Assembly: GCA_021513715.1 (NCBI GenBank)
Contig: CP084167.1
Span: 3,104,001 to 3,168,000, forward strand
Direction: 5' to 3'
Length of the DNA stretch: 64,000 nucleotides
Source of the DNA: Candidatus Heimdallarchaeum endolithica
Lineage (GTDB): Archaea; Asgardarchaeota; Heimdallarchaeia; Heimdallarchaeales; Heimdallarchaeaceae
The notes under the pieces were generated by a model that ran no database searches, was not told the origin of the DNA, and saw only the letters and a program-made list of their open reading frames with translations. The position numbers and the translations under genes are program-made. Shown in pieces: positions 30,522 to 42,020 of this stretch. The stretch's first letter is position 1. Every line of letters begins with the position of its first letter.

Positions 30522-31300
30522 TCATTATACCCTGCTAAGTAGACTCGAACATGCTTATAACCTATACTTTTTAGTACTAAATAAACTAAAGCTGATTGTG
30601 CTGCATTTTCACAATAAAGAACAACAGTCTTATTTTTTGTAATATCTAGTTGCACTAAATCATAGAGTATTTCCTCTTCTTTTTTGAGTACAAAAAAATC
30701 AGGATGTTCTTCAAACAAATCCATCCACCAGTAAAATTTAGATCCAGGAATAGATCCTCCTTGGGAGTCCATTGTTCTAGAAAATTCAGAACGATTGTCA
30801 ACGAAAACATAGTTTTCATTATAGATGTTAAGCATTATTTCGTCTCTAGTAATGAAAATCTCTTCATTAGAATTCTTGATTTTAATATTTCCAGGGTTAA
30901 TTTCTGGTGTCTCTTTAGTTAATTTTTTTCCTTCATAAATCCATTTTTGTAAAGCTCCATCAATTAGTGAAATACTTGAGATTCCATAGTAGTGTAATGT
31001 CCAAGCAGCTAAAGAACAGTTTAAATTAAAGACATCATCAATCAGATAAATATAGTCATGTTCGTTAACTCCAGCTTGTTGAAGAGTCTGTTCAACTATC
31101 TTTTTAGGTGGAATTTCATTATAACCTTCGATATTTTTCCAAGAAAAAATGGAACTATCAATAAACACAGAGTTAGCTATGTGTCCTTCTTCATATTTTG
31201 AAAACTCTCTTAAATCAAGTATCTTATGCTTGTTTTGTTTAGTTTGTTCTTCGAACTTTTTTGTGGAGATGAAAATAGCTTTGGGATTTTGGTTCATCAT
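30494..31300 (-). CDS. Tandem-domain rhodanese/sulfurtransferase
   Basis: LDLR...YEEGHI, WTLHYYG, LYC active-site loop, VYLAGYNEW. Confidence 0.85.
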   Translation of the reverse strand: MMNQNPKAIFISTKKFEEQTKQNKHKILDLREFSKYEEGHIANSVFIDSSIFSWKNIEGYNEIPPKKIVEQTLQQAGVNEHDYIYLIDDVFNLNCSLAAWTLHYYGISSISLIDGALQKWIYEGKKLTKETPEINPGNIKIKNSNEEIFITRDEIMLNIYNENYVFVDNRSEFSRTMDSQGGSIPGSKFYWWMDLFEEHPDFFVLKKEEEILYDLVQLDITKNKTVVLYCENAAQSALVYLVLKSIGYKHVRVYLAGYNEWRLCGGFV

Positions 31301-31348
31301 GTTTATTTCACATAGCTAAATAATAATTTTTCTTTAGTCTCATTGGTT

Positions 31349-32314
31349 TTAATTTACTTTAGCTAAAGTTCCGACAAAAATAAGCGGAAGAGAGATAGTG
31401 ACATCAGCGACAACAGTAACCATTTTACTTTTAGAAGATGTTTTTCCCCAAGAAATAGCTTCATCAAGTGAAGCTCCAGAAAGTCCACCTGTTTCTACTC
31501 TGTCCATTGTTATCTGTATTGCGTAATCGTAGGTTTTAGGAGACATTAATCTAGATTGGAAAATGTAATTCTTAGGAACTCCACCACCTAGAAATAAAGT
31601 TCCTGCTTTCTCTGCATCACGAGCTATCTGTTGAATCTTAGAAAGATCTTCCATATCGTCTATTAATATCTTATTCATTTGAGAGAAAAGCCAAGTCTGT
31701 AAACCCAATACACTATCTCCGTAAGCAGGAATAAAAATAGGCACATTATTCTCATAGGCTGCTCGAACAAAAGAGTGTTTGTCAGAAATCCTTTCTCCAA
31801 TGTAGTTCATTAACTGATATGTAGAAATAATTAATTGGTTATTCTCATTTTTGTATTTAGAATAAATATCTTGTAGAATTGGTTGTATATGATCTTCAAA
31901 ATTCATAAACGATTCATCAGAAACAAAAGCGTCATAAATACGGTCAATTGATTTTTGACGTAATTCTTCATCTGAGGAATAATTTATTCCTTTTACATGT
32001 TCTCCTCCAAAGGATTCGATTAAATCATGGGTTACGTTTGCTCCTGTAGTTACAATAACATGAACCATTTTCTTATTAATCATGTCAGTAATGATGTGTC
32101 TCATCCCCCCAGGGACTAAAGCTCCAGCTAAACCAAGAAAAATTGTAGCTTTATCATTAATCATTTCAGTGTAAATCTTTATAGCCTCAGCTATTCGTCC
32201 TGGACCAAAAACTCCAGAATTGGCAAATTCATCCATAAGTTCAGAAACAGTTTGTTCTGCAAAGCAATTAATATGGTTAACTTTTGAAAATTTATTCTTT
32301 TTTTGATGGTTCAT
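31349..32314 (-). CDS. dhs: Deoxyhypusine synthase
   Basis: GGGVPKN, GGLSGASLDEAISWGK with catalytic Lys; start set at MNHQKK. Confidence 0.93.
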   Translation of the reverse strand: MNHQKKNKFSKVNHINCFAEQTVSELMDEFANSGVFGPGRIAEAIKIYTEMINDKATIFLGLAGALVPGGMRHIITDMINKKMVHVIVTTGANVTHDLIESFGGEHVKGINYSSDEELRQKSIDRIYDAFVSDESFMNFEDHIQPILQDIYSKYKNENNQLIISTYQLMNYIGERISDKHSFVRAAYENNVPIFIPAYGDSVLGLQTWLFSQMNKILIDDMEDLSKIQQIARDAEKAGTLFLGGGVPKNYIFQSRLMSPKTYDYAIQITMDRVETGGLSGASLDEAISWGKTSSKSKMVTVVADVTISLPLIFVGTLAKVN

Positions 32315-32330
32315 AAGTCTCAAAAAGTAA

Positions 32331-32609
32331 TTAACCTTTAGCTTCTTTAGCTTTTTTAATAAGGTATTCAATTTCCTTAGCACGAAAAGGTGACTCCTCT
32401 AACTCTGAATGGTCAATAGGACAAAGATAACGTTCTTCATCATTTACTTGTATCTTACCGAGAGGAACCTTACAAATGTATACTCTTCCACAAGTTCGAC
32501 AATAAAAAGTACTACGAGTATATTCTTCAAATAAATCAATATCACTGTCAATTAGACAAAAAGGACAAGGAAACATACATATTGTTGGTCTATAACTCTC
32601 TTTAGGCAT
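32331..32609 (-). CDS. Small zinc-finger protein
   Basis: CPFC, CRTC and CPID motifs. Confidence 0.65.
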   Translation of the reverse strand: MPKESYRPTICMFPCPFCLIDSDIDLFEEYTRSTFYCRTCGRVYICKVPLGKIQVNDEERYLCPIDHSELEESPFRAKEIEYLIKKAKEAKG

Positions 32610-32761
32610 TCTTATTCACTAAGTTTATACAGTATAATGTTATTGTTATAATATATCAATTTTCTCATATAAAAATAAGAGCATAAAATCAAAAATAACT
32701 TTAAAGAATTTTGTTTTTTGAAAAGGTTAAACTTATTTTTTCGTATTTTATCTATTTAAAA

Positions 32762-33562
32762 CTAATACCATTTCTTAAATGGAGGAAAGTGAAGAACATC
32801 ATTCGCACTTTCTAATAGAACAAAAGATTCAAATTCTGAGAGTTCGACATTATTTCTTAAAATAGGAGAAAGCAATGAAGACTGATCCTTGGGAGTAATA
32901 GGATTCCCACCTGAATAAGAAGAAAAGGCAGGAAGAACAATTAATTTTCTATGTTTTACTTTTTTTTCCTTTTCCTTATTAAGAGGACCAATAAGTAAAG
33001 ATTTCATTTTTACTACTTGCAATTCATCTAGTTTAACATGAAATAAAGGGTGTTCATGACCAATTAGAACAAATTCAACACTCTCAGGCAAATCTTCTGG
33101 AAGATTTTTGTGCCCGTGTGTAAAGAAATAACGCTCAATTACAAGGTCTTCAACAAGTTTACAATTTTCTATATCTCGAGTAACCCAAGAAAGAAAAACA
33201 TCATGATTTCCTTTAACTATAACTACTTCTCTTATAAAAAGTGAAACTACATTTAAAAACTCTTTAACTTCTCTATTTTCAACTTTGGTTGGTTCATTAA
33301 AACTATGCTTTAGATCACCATTGATGATTAATCTTATAGGTTTTATTTTTTTAATGTAAAACAAAATTTTCTTAGTAAGTTTTTCAGTTTGTGTTTTAAG
33401 AACAGCTACACCATCTTCAGCCATAATAGTTTCTAAACCCAAATGAACATCAGCAATTACTAAAGAACGAATATCTTTAAGATAAACAATTGGTGAAGCA
33501 TCTAGAATATTGATATCTTCAGCTATTGGAAAAAAGTTTATTCTCTCTTGTGATTCATGCAT
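32762..33562 (-). CDS. Metallophosphoesterase (archaeal ICC-like)
   Basis: ADVHLG, NGDLKH, GNHD, THGH, GHEHP, LPAFS. Confidence 0.9.
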   Translation of the reverse strand: MHESQERINFFPIAEDINILDASPIVYLKDIRSLVIADVHLGLETIMAEDGVAVLKTQTEKLTKKILFYIKKIKPIRLIINGDLKHSFNEPTKVENREVKEFLNVVSLFIREVVIVKGNHDVFLSWVTRDIENCKLVEDLVIERYFFTHGHKNLPEDLPESVEFVLIGHEHPLFHVKLDELQVVKMKSLLIGPLNKEKEKKVKHRKLIVLPAFSSYSGGNPITPKDQSSLLSPILRNNVELSEFESFVLLESANDVLHFPPFKKWY

Positions 33563-33792
33563 TTAATTAACAATTTCATTTCTGGTCTTAAATCCTCCTT
33601 TTTTTGCTTATAAAGTAAAAGAAAAATTTGTAATAATTCAAGAATTCAATAGATTTGTTCTTATTACTCACATTTTTGTGAATAAACTTTATAAAAAAAT
33701 AATCGTATTGTTCACTGATTTAAGACTTTAAATATTTATGATTCTGAATAAGTTTTTACTGTTTTGAATTATTGTTCGTAGAGTTGAAATTT

Positions 33793-36700
33793 ATGAAAAG
33801 AATAGCAAAAAACAAGAGCATAAGTTTAGCTCTTATTATGATAATAAGCTTAAGTTTCTTGTTTTCTTATTTTGGTCAAAAGGAGGTTCTCACTTCACAA
33901 CCTATCCAAAATGGCCAAAAAACAATATCAGACGTTAGCTCTGATGAGAATAGGATAGTAAAAAAAGGTTATACTTCTCATGCACCTATATCTATTTCCT
34001 CTGATAGTGATTTAACTATTTTTCCTGGTTCAGGAACAAAAGCTGACCCTTATGTTATAGAAAACTACAATATTACAAGCTCTAGTAGTGATGGTATTTA
34101 TATAACTGGTACAACTAAATATATTCTTATTCGCAATTGTTACCTTGATGGAGAAGATTCAAATTTTTATGGTATTTATATTAATTCAATTGCAAGTGGT
34201 ACACTAACTGTCACTAATAACAGTGTGAATAATTATAGCTCTGGTATATATATACGGTATAGTTCTAATAATATTTTTACTTCTAATACCATAACCAATA
34301 GTAGTCAATACGGTATATATTTATCTTCTAGTTCTAATAATACTTTTTCTTCTAATACCATAACCAATAGTGATAATTATGGTATGTTTTTAAATTTTAG
34401 TTCTAATAATACTTTTACTTCTAATACTATAACCAATAGTGGTTCTTCTGGTATATTTTTATCTCCTAATTCTAAAGACAATTCTTTTACTTCTAATACT
34501 ATAAGCAATAGTGATAATTATGGTATATTTTTAAATTTTAGTTCTAATAATACTTTTACTTCTAATACTATAACCAATAGTAGTTCTTATGGTATATATT
34601 TATCTGCTAGTTCTAAAAACAATATTTTTACTTCTAATACCATAACCAATAGTAGCTCTTATGGTGTATTTTTGTATTCTAGTTCTAATAACAATTCTTT
34701 TTCTTCTAATACCATAACCAATAGTAGTTCTTCTGGTATATCTTTATCCTCTAGTTCTAATAATACTTTTATTTCTAATACCATAACCAATAGTAGTTCC
34801 TCTGGTATATCTTTATCCTCTAGTTCTAATAATACTTTTATTTCTAATACCATAACCAATAGTAGTTCCTCTAGTATATCTTTATGGTCTAGTTCTACTA
34901 ATAATTCTTTTACTTCTAATACCATAACCAATAGTGATAATTATGGTATATTTTTATCTTCTAGTTCTACTAATAATTCTTTTACTTCTAATACCATAAC
35001 CAATAGTAGTCAATACGGTATATTTCTATCTTCTAGTTCTACTAATAATTCTTTTACTTCTAATACCATAAGCAATAGTTCTTCTGGTATATCTTTATCC
35101 TCTAGTTCTAATAATACTTTTATTTCTAATACCATAACGAATAGTGATAATTATGGTATATTTTTATCTTCTAGTTCTACTAATACTTTTACCTCTAATA
35201 CAATAACGAATAGTGATAATTATGGTATATTTTTATCTTCTAGTTCTACTAATAATATTTTTACTTCTAATACCATAACCAATAGTAGTCAATACGGTAT
35301 ATTTTTATCTGTTAGTTCTACTAATACTTTTACCTCTAACACAATAACGAATAGTTCTTATGGTATATCTTTACAGTCTAGTTCTACTAATAATTCTTTT
35401 ACTTCTAATACCATAACGAATAGTAGTCAATACGGTATATTTTTATCTTCTAGTTCTACTAATACTTTTACCTCTAACACAATAACGAATAGTTCTTCTG
35501 GTATATCTTTATGGTCTAGTTCTACTAATATTTTTACTTTTAATACCATAAGCAATAGTAGTTCTTCTGGTATATCTTTATGGTCTAGTTCTAATAATAC
35601 TTTTGTAAAAAACATTCTAATTAAAAATAATCCTGGTGGTTCTTCACAAGCGTATGATGAGGGAATGAATAACAAATTTTACTCAGGGACAACAGGTAAT
35701 TATTGGTATGACTGGAGTGGAACAGGAGTATATGATATAGATGGTACAGCTAATAACTTTGATCCTTATCCAATGCATGTGGACCTAGACCAAGATAATA
35801 TGCCTGATAAATGGGAAGAAGATAACGGCCTAAATACCAACATTGATGATTCTTCTTTAGACCCTGATGGCGATGGTTTAACTAATATAGAAGAATACTC
35901 TAACTCCACCGACCCTAATGATTCTGATACTGATAATGATGGTTTAACTGATGGAGAAGAGGTTACAACTTACTCTACCGATCCTTTGGTTTCTGATACT
36001 GATAGTGATGGTTTAACTGACGGAGAAGAGGTTACAACTTACTCTACTGATCCTTTGGATTCTGATACTGATGATGACGGTATGTCTGACGGTTGGGAAG
36101 TAGATAACAGTTTGGACCCATTAACTGATGATTCAGCTGAAGACCCTGATAGTGACGGTTTAACTAACTTTGAGGAATATCAAGCTGGTACAGACCCTAA
36201 TGCTAGTGATACTGACGGTGATGGTTTAACAGATGATGAGGAAGTTAACACCTACAATACTGATCCTAATAATTCTGATACTGACGGTGATGGTATGTCT
36301 GATGGTTGGGAAGTAGATAACAGTTTGGACCCCTTAACTGATGATTCAGCTGAAGATCCTGATAGTGACGGTTTAACTAACTTTGAGGAATATCAAGCTG
36401 GTACAGACCCTAATGCTAGTGATACTGATAGTGACGGTATGTCTGACAGTTGGGAAGTAGATAATAGTTTGGACCCCTTAACTGATGATTCAGCTGAAGA
36501 TCCTGATAGTGACGGTTTAACTAACTTTGAGGAATATCAAGCTGGTACAGACCCTAATGCTAGTGATACTGACTGTGACGGTATGTCTGACGGTTGGGAA
36601 GTGGATAACAGTCTGGACCCCTTAACTGATGATTCTTCTTTAGACCCTGATAGTGACGGTTTAACTAACTTTGAGGAATATCAAGCTGGTACAGACCCCG

Positions 36701-38394
36701 ATGCTAGTGATACTGACTGTGACGGTATGTCTGACGGTTGGGAAGTGGATAACAGTCTGGACCCCTTAACTGATGATTCAGCTGAAGACCCTGATAGTGA
36801 CGGTTTAACTAACTTTGAGGAATATCAAGCTGGTACAGACCCCAATGCTAGTGATACTGACGGTGATGATTTAACAGATGATGAGGAAGTTAACACTTAC
36901 AATACTGATCCTTTGGATTCTGATACTGATGGTGACGGTATGTCTGACGGTTGGGAAGTAGATAACAGTCTGGACCCCTTAACTGATGATTCTTTTTTAG
37001 ACCCTGATAGTGACGGTTTAACTAACTTTGAGGAATATCAAGCTGGTACAGACCCTAATGCTAGTGATACTGACGGTGATGGTTTAACAGATGATGAGGA
37101 AGTTAACACCTACAATACTGATCCTTTGGATTCTGATACTGATGATGACGGTATGTCTGACAGTTGGGAAGTAGATAATAGTTTGGACCCCTTAACTGAT
37201 GATTCAGCTGAAGACCCTGATAGTGACGGTTTAACTAACTTTGAGGAATATCAAGCTGGTACAGACCCCAATGCTAGTGATACTGACGGTGACGGTATGT
37301 CTGACGGTTGGGAAGTGGATAACAGTTTGGATCCTCTTGTTGATGATTCAGCTGAAGACCCTGATAGTGACGGTTTAACTAACTTTGAGGAATATCAAGC
37401 TGGTACAGACCCTAATGCTAGTGATACTGACGGTGATGGTTTAACAGATGATGAGGAAGTTAACACTTACAATACTGATCCTTTGGATTCTGATACTGAT
37501 GGTGACGGTATGCCTGACGGTTGGGAAGTAGAAAACAGTCTGGATCCCGTTACAGACGATGGAAATGATGATCCTGATAGTGATGGTTTAACTAACTTAG
37601 AAGAGTATCAAGCTGGTACTGACCCTCTTGTTTCTGACACAGATGGTGACGGTATGCCTGACGGTTGGGAAGTAGAAAACAGTCTGGATCCCGTTACAGA
37701 CGATGGAAATGATGATCCTGATAGTGATGGTTTAACTAACTTAGAAGAGTATCAAGCTGGTACTGACCCTCTTGTTTCTGACACAGATGGTGACGGTATG
37801 CCTGACGGTTGGGAAGTGGAAAATAGTTTGGACCCTCTTGTTGACGATTCTTCTGAAGATCCTGATGGTGATGGATTAACTAACTTAGAGGAGTATCAAG
37901 TTGGTACAGATCCTAATAATTCTGATACTGACGGTGATGGTATGTCTGATGGTTGGGAAGTGGAAAATAGTTTGGACCCCCTTGTTGATGATGCTGATGA
38001 AGATCCTGATAGTGATGGTTTAACTAATTTAGAAGAGTATACTAATGAAACTGACCCTAATAATTCTGACACAGATGGTGATGGACTTGGTGATGGCGAA
38101 GAAGTTAATGCTTATTCTACTGATCCTAATGATTCTGATACCGACGGTGATGGTATGCCTGATGGTTGGGAAGTGGATAACAGTCTGGACCCCTTAACTG
38201 ATGATTCAGCTGAAGACCCTGATAGTGACGGTTTAACTAATTTAGAAGAGTATCAAGCTGGTACAGACCCACAAGTACCTGATGCTCAAGGAGGAACACC
38301 TATTACAACTTATATTATCGCTGGTGGAGCAGTTTTGGGTATTTTGGTTATAGGTGGATTAATTTTCAGATTTATTCGACGACGGAGAAAATGA
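33793..38394 (+). CDS. Large surface protein: signal peptide, parallel beta-helix repeats, Ca-binding DxDxDG (thrombospondin type 3-like) repeats, C-terminal TM and RRRRK
   Basis: ORF translation; start set at MKRIAK. Confidence 0.88.
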   Translation: MKRIAKNKSISLALIMIISLSFLFSYFGQKEVLTSQPIQNGQKTISDVSSDENRIVKKGYTSHAPISISSDSDLTIFPGSGTKADPYVIENYNITSSSSDGIYITGTTKYILIRNCYLDGEDSNFYGIYINSIASGTLTVTNNSVNNYSSGIYIRYSSNNIFTSNTITNSSQYGIYLSSSSNNTFSSNTITNSDNYGMFLNFSSNNTFTSNTITNSGSSGIFLSPNSKDNSFTSNTISNSDNYGIFLNFSSNNTFTSNTITNSSSYGIYLSASSKNNIFTSNTITNSSSYGVFLYSSSNNNSFSSNTITNSSSSGISLSSSSNNTFISNTITNSSSSGISLSSSSNNTFISNTITNSSSSSISLWSSSTNNSFTSNTITNSDNYGIFLSSSSTNNSFTSNTITNSSQYGIFLSSSSTNNSFTSNTISNSSSGISLSSSSNNTFISNTITNSDNYGIFLSSSSTNTFTSNTITNSDNYGIFLSSSSTNNIFTSNTITNSSQYGIFLSVSSTNTFTSNTITNSSYGISLQSSSTNNSFTSNTITNSSQYGIFLSSSSTNTFTSNTITNSSSGISLWSSSTNIFTFNTISNSSSSGISLWSSSNNTFVKNILIKNNPGGSSQAYDEGMNNKFYSGTTGNYWYDWSGTGVYDIDGTANNFDPYPMHVDLDQDNMPDKWEEDNGLNTNIDDSSLDPDGDGLTNIEEYSNSTDPNDSDTDNDGLTDGEEVTTYSTDPLVSDTDSDGLTDGEEVTTYSTDPLDSDTDDDGMSDGWEVDNSLDPLTDDSAEDPDSDGLTNFEEYQAGTDPNASDTDGDGLTDDEEVNTYNTDPNNSDTDGDGMSDGWEVDNSLDPLTDDSAEDPDSDGLTNFEEYQAGTDPNASDTDSDGMSDSWEVDNSLDPLTDDSAEDPDSDGLTNFEEYQAGTDPNASDTDCDGMSDGWEVDNSLDPLTDDSSLDPDSDGLTNFEEYQAGTDPDASDTDCDGMSDGWEVDNSLDPLTDDSAEDPDSDGLTNFEEYQAGTDPNASDTDGDDLTDDEEVNTYNTDPLDSDTDGDGMSDGWEVDNSLDPLTDDSFLDPDSDGLTNFEEYQAGTDPNASDTDGDGLTDDEEVNTYNTDPLDSDTDDDGMSDSWEVDNSLDPLTDDSAEDPDSDGLTNFEEYQAGTDPNASDTDGDGMSDGWEVDNSLDPLVDDSAEDPDSDGLTNFEEYQAGTDPNASDTDGDGLTDDEEVNTYNTDPLDSDTDGDGMPDGWEVENSLDPVTDDGNDDPDSDGLTNLEEYQAGTDPLVSDTDGDGMPDGWEVENSLDPVTDDGNDDPDSDGLTNLEEYQAGTDPLVSDTDGDGMPDGWEVENSLDPLVDDSSEDPDGDGLTNLEEYQVGTDPNNSDTDGDGMSDGWEVENSLDPLVDDADEDPDSDGLTNLEEYTNETDPNNSDTDGDGLGDGEEVNAYSTDPNDSDTDGDGMPDGWEVDNSLDPLTDDSAEDPDSDGLTNLEEYQAGTDPQVPDAQGGTPITTYIIAGGAVLGILVIGGLIFRFIRRRRK
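34250..35610 (+). repeat. Intragenic tandem repeat, ~19 units of 63-69 bp ([22 protein letters not shown])
   Basis: Recurring ttttacttctaataccataaccaatagtag DNA motif; units counted in the translation. Confidence 0.9.
35780..38280 (+). repeat. Intragenic tandem repeats of DxDxDG modules (144-bp two-module unit with interspersed 69-bp module)
   Basis: e.g. 37501 and 37645 start identical stretches 144 bp apart. Confidence 0.9.
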
Positions 38395-38792
38395 CTTTTT
38401 GTTTTATTTTCTTTCTCTTTTTTCTTTCACTCGATTATATTGTTCTTATTCTTGTTAGTTTAAAAAAACGCTTTTTTTTATTTCCTCTTGAGAAAATTGA
38501 TGCAAGTAGCATTTTTTTTGTCTTATTATTTTTATCTATTAACTTGACTTTTGGATAAAGGATTCTAATCCTTATCTTGATTTTGGAATTTTTTTTAGGA
38601 ATCATTCACTCACGAAAAGGAAAATCATTTCTAAAAAAAAGAAAATAATTAATCAACTTATGATATTTTTAAAAACAGTAGAAAAAATTTATTAGAAAAT
38701 TTGTGTATTATTCACTGATTCAAGACTTTAAATACTTATCATTCTGAATAAGTTTTTACTGTTTTGGATTAGTGCTCGTAGAGTTGAAATTT

Positions 38793-41131
38793 ATGAAAAG
38801 AATAGCAAAAAACAAGAGCATAAGTTTAGCTCTTACTCTTATAATAAGTTTAAGTTTCTTGTTTTGTTATTTTGTTGAAAAAGAAGAACTAACCTTTCAA
38901 CCTAGTCAAAATAACTTTACACCAATCTCACATTTCAATTCAAATGAAAATAAAGTTATTAAGCATAGTTATACCCCTCATGAACCAATATTAATTGAAA
39001 CTTATCATGATTTAAGTGAGTTTCCTGGTTCAGGAACAGAAGCTGACCCTTATATTATAGAAAATTACGCTATTACTGGGTTTATCTATGTTAACTATGG
39101 TATTTGGATAACTTTTGATGACCTTTTTTTTCTTGTTATTCGTAATTGTTACCTTGGTGATGGGGGCCCTAATAATGGCATTATTATTGAAAATACACAT
39201 TCTAAAATAACAGTTACCAATAATAGCATAAATGACTATCATAGAGGTATATATATCCATTCTAGTGCTTATATCACTCTTGATTCCAACACTATTACTG
39301 ATTGTGACAGCGGTGTAGAACTCCGTAATTCTTATGCTAACAATATTACTTCCAATATTATGCATAACTGTAATATTGGTTTAAGTGCTAATATTGATTC
39401 CACTTATAATACTTTTTTTTCCAATATTGTGTCCAATAGTATATTGGTATATCTCTTGATTCTAGTAGTGATAATGCTTTTACTTCTAATATTATTCGCA
39501 ATAGTGCGTCTTACGGAATAAGACTTTATTCTAGTAGTTCTGATAATACCTTTGTAAAAAACAGCCTAATTACAAATAACTTAGGTGGTTCTTCACAAGC
39601 GTGTGATGAGGGAACAGACAATAAGTTTTATTCTGATACAACAGGAAACTATTGGTCTGACTGGAATGGAACAGGAGCATATGATATAGATGGCACTGCT
39701 AACAATTTTGATCCTTATCCAATGTATATTGACCTTGATCAAGACCTTATGCCTGATAAGTGGGAAGAAGAGAATGGTTTAAACACTAATATCGATGATT
39801 CAGCAGAGGATCCTGACAATGATGGTTTGACTAACTTGGAAGAGTATCAAGCAGATACTGAACCTAACAATTCTGACACTGACGGTGATGGTCTTCCTGA
39901 TGGGTTGGAAGTAGATAACAGTTTAGATCCTCTTGTTAATGATTCTGCAGAAGACCCTGATGGAGATGGTTTAACTAACTTAAAAGAGTGTCAAGCGGGT
40001 ACTGACCCTTTTGATTCTGACACTGACAGTGATGGAATACCTGATGGTTGGGAGGTTGAGAAGAATTTGTACCCTCTATTTGATGATTCTGCTGGAGATC
40101 CTGATTCTGATGGTTTAACTAATTTAGAAGAGTATCAAGCTGGTACTGACCCACAAGTTTCTGACACTGACAGTGATGGTTTGCCTGATGGTGAGGAAAT
40201 AAACACTTATTCTACTGACCCTCTTGATTCTGACACTGACAGTGATGGTTTGCCTGATGGTTGGGAAGTTGATAACAGTTTAGACCCTCTTACTGATGAT
40301 TCTTCTGAAGACCCAGATAATGACAGTTTAACTAACTTGGATGAATATCAAGCTGGTACTGACCCACAGGCTTCAGATCCTGATTCTGATGGTTTGCCTG
40401 ATGGTGAGGAAGTTAATACTTATTCTACTGACCCTCTTGATTCTGACACTGACTCTGATGAAATACCTGATGGTTGGGAAGTGGAAAACAGTTTAGATCC
40501 TCTTGCAGACGATGCGTCAGAAGACCCTGATAGTGATGGTTTAACTAATTTAGAAGAGTATCAAGCTGGTACTGATCCTAATAATTCTGACACTGACTCT
40601 GATGAAATACCTGATGGTTGGGAAGTGGAAAACAGTTTAGATCCTCTTGCAGACGATGCGTCAGAAGACCCTGATAGTGATGGTTTAACTAATTTAGAAG
40701 AGTATCAAGCTGGTACAGACCCTAATGACAATGATACAGATGGTGACGGTATACCTGATGGTTGGGAAGTAGAAAACAGTTTGGATCCCCTTACAGACAA
40801 TGCAGATGAAGACCCTGATGAAGATGGTTTAACTAATTTAGAAGAATATCAAGCTGGAACAGATCCTAATAATTCTGATACTGACGGTGACGGTATGCCT
40901 GACGGTTGGGAAGTAGAAAACAGTTTGGACCCTCTTGTTGACGATGCAAATGAAGACCCAGATGGTGATGGATTAACTAACATAGAAGAATATCAAGCTG
41001 GTACCGACCCACAAGTACCTGATAGTCAAGGAACTCCTATTAAAACCTATATTATTGCTGGTGGAACAGCTCTTGTTATTATTGTTATAAGCGGATTGAC
41101 TTTTAGATTTATACGACGACGGAGAAAATAA
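38793..41131 (+). pseudogene. Tandem paralogue of the 33793 surface protein, split by a 1-bp frameshift at ~39440
   Basis: Same upstream region and N-terminus. The beta-helix pattern continues in another frame from 39443 (IGISLDSSSDNAFTSN...) and reads through into the 39722-41131 ORF. Confidence 0.8.
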
Positions 41132-41423
41132 CTTTTTATTTTATTTTCTTTCTCTTTTTTTTTACTCGATTATATTGTTCTTATTCTTGTTATTTTAGTA
41201 AAAACTCTTTTTTTTCCTCTTGAGAAAATTGATGTTTTTTATCTTGACACACCTTTCCAGCTTAGAGGGTAAATATTTTTCTTTACATCTTTCTCTTTTT
41301 CAATCTTTACATTATTAGTGTTTTTTCACTATTTAAACACCAATTTTTTAATTTGACAAAAATATATAAAAAAGTAATTCATCATTTACCCTCGTAACCA
41401 CTTTTTATTTATTTGTTACCAAC

Positions 41424-41972
41424 GTGGGTAGAGTAAACAATGATGCAAAAAAAAGAAAAAAATATATAAATGAGAAAAGAATTATTGCATTGATGAATTA
41501 TCGTAAGAAAATTGTAGCGTTTATACTTTTAGTTGTAGCTCTTTCTTTAGTTGGATCAAGAGTTTCAGCTTGTACTGAAGTTTACTCTTCCGAAACTAAC
41601 ATTCTTTCAACTCATATATTAACTGCATATTATTCTGATTTAGAGGGTAAAGGCGTAGAAAACGATATTTTTACTTCTATTTACATTTCTTTTGACTCTC
41701 CATATTATTATAACCATTTATATTGTTATGTTGAACTTACACTTCCTTCAGGATACTACTATTCTTATCTGATATCTATTGAGTTCTATGGAGTATATGA
41801 AACTACTCTTCCCATTTATATGTATAATCATGCAACTGAAAGTGGGGATTATATCTTATATGTAGCTTCATTCTTTGCATGTAGTAATCATTATTTAGCT
41901 GAATCACTTGTTATCTTTGATCCTCCTGGTGGAACTGACGGAGCAGATCCTCCCAGAATAGAAATTGGGTAA
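41424..41972 (+). CDS. Secreted hypothetical protein (true start probably MNYRKK)
   Basis: Signal peptide IVAFILLVVALSLVG, Tyr-rich beta domain, DPPGG C-terminus. Confidence 0.65.
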   Translation: MGRVNNDAKKRKKYINEKRIIALMNYRKKIVAFILLVVALSLVGSRVSACTEVYSSETNILSTHILTAYYSDLEGKGVENDIFTSIYISFDSPYYYNHLYCYVELTLPSGYYYSYLISIEFYGVYETTLPIYMYNHATESGDYILYVASFFACSNHYLAESLVIFDPPGGTDGADPPRIEIG

Positions 41973-42020
41973 TGAAAAAAGTAACACTGCTCCAGAATAT
42001 TGTTAAAAATGCTATAAAAA

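Noticed and set aside
34250-38280. Regular repeats as a CRISPR array
   Set aside because: Repeats are contiguous, in-frame and protein-coding, with no unique spacers and no cas genes.
39413-39420. T8 homopolymer as a slipped-strand phase switch causing the frameshift
   Set aside because: The reading through the tract (NTFFSNIVSNS) still fits the repeat pattern. The frame actually breaks ~20 bp later at 39440, outside any homopolymer.
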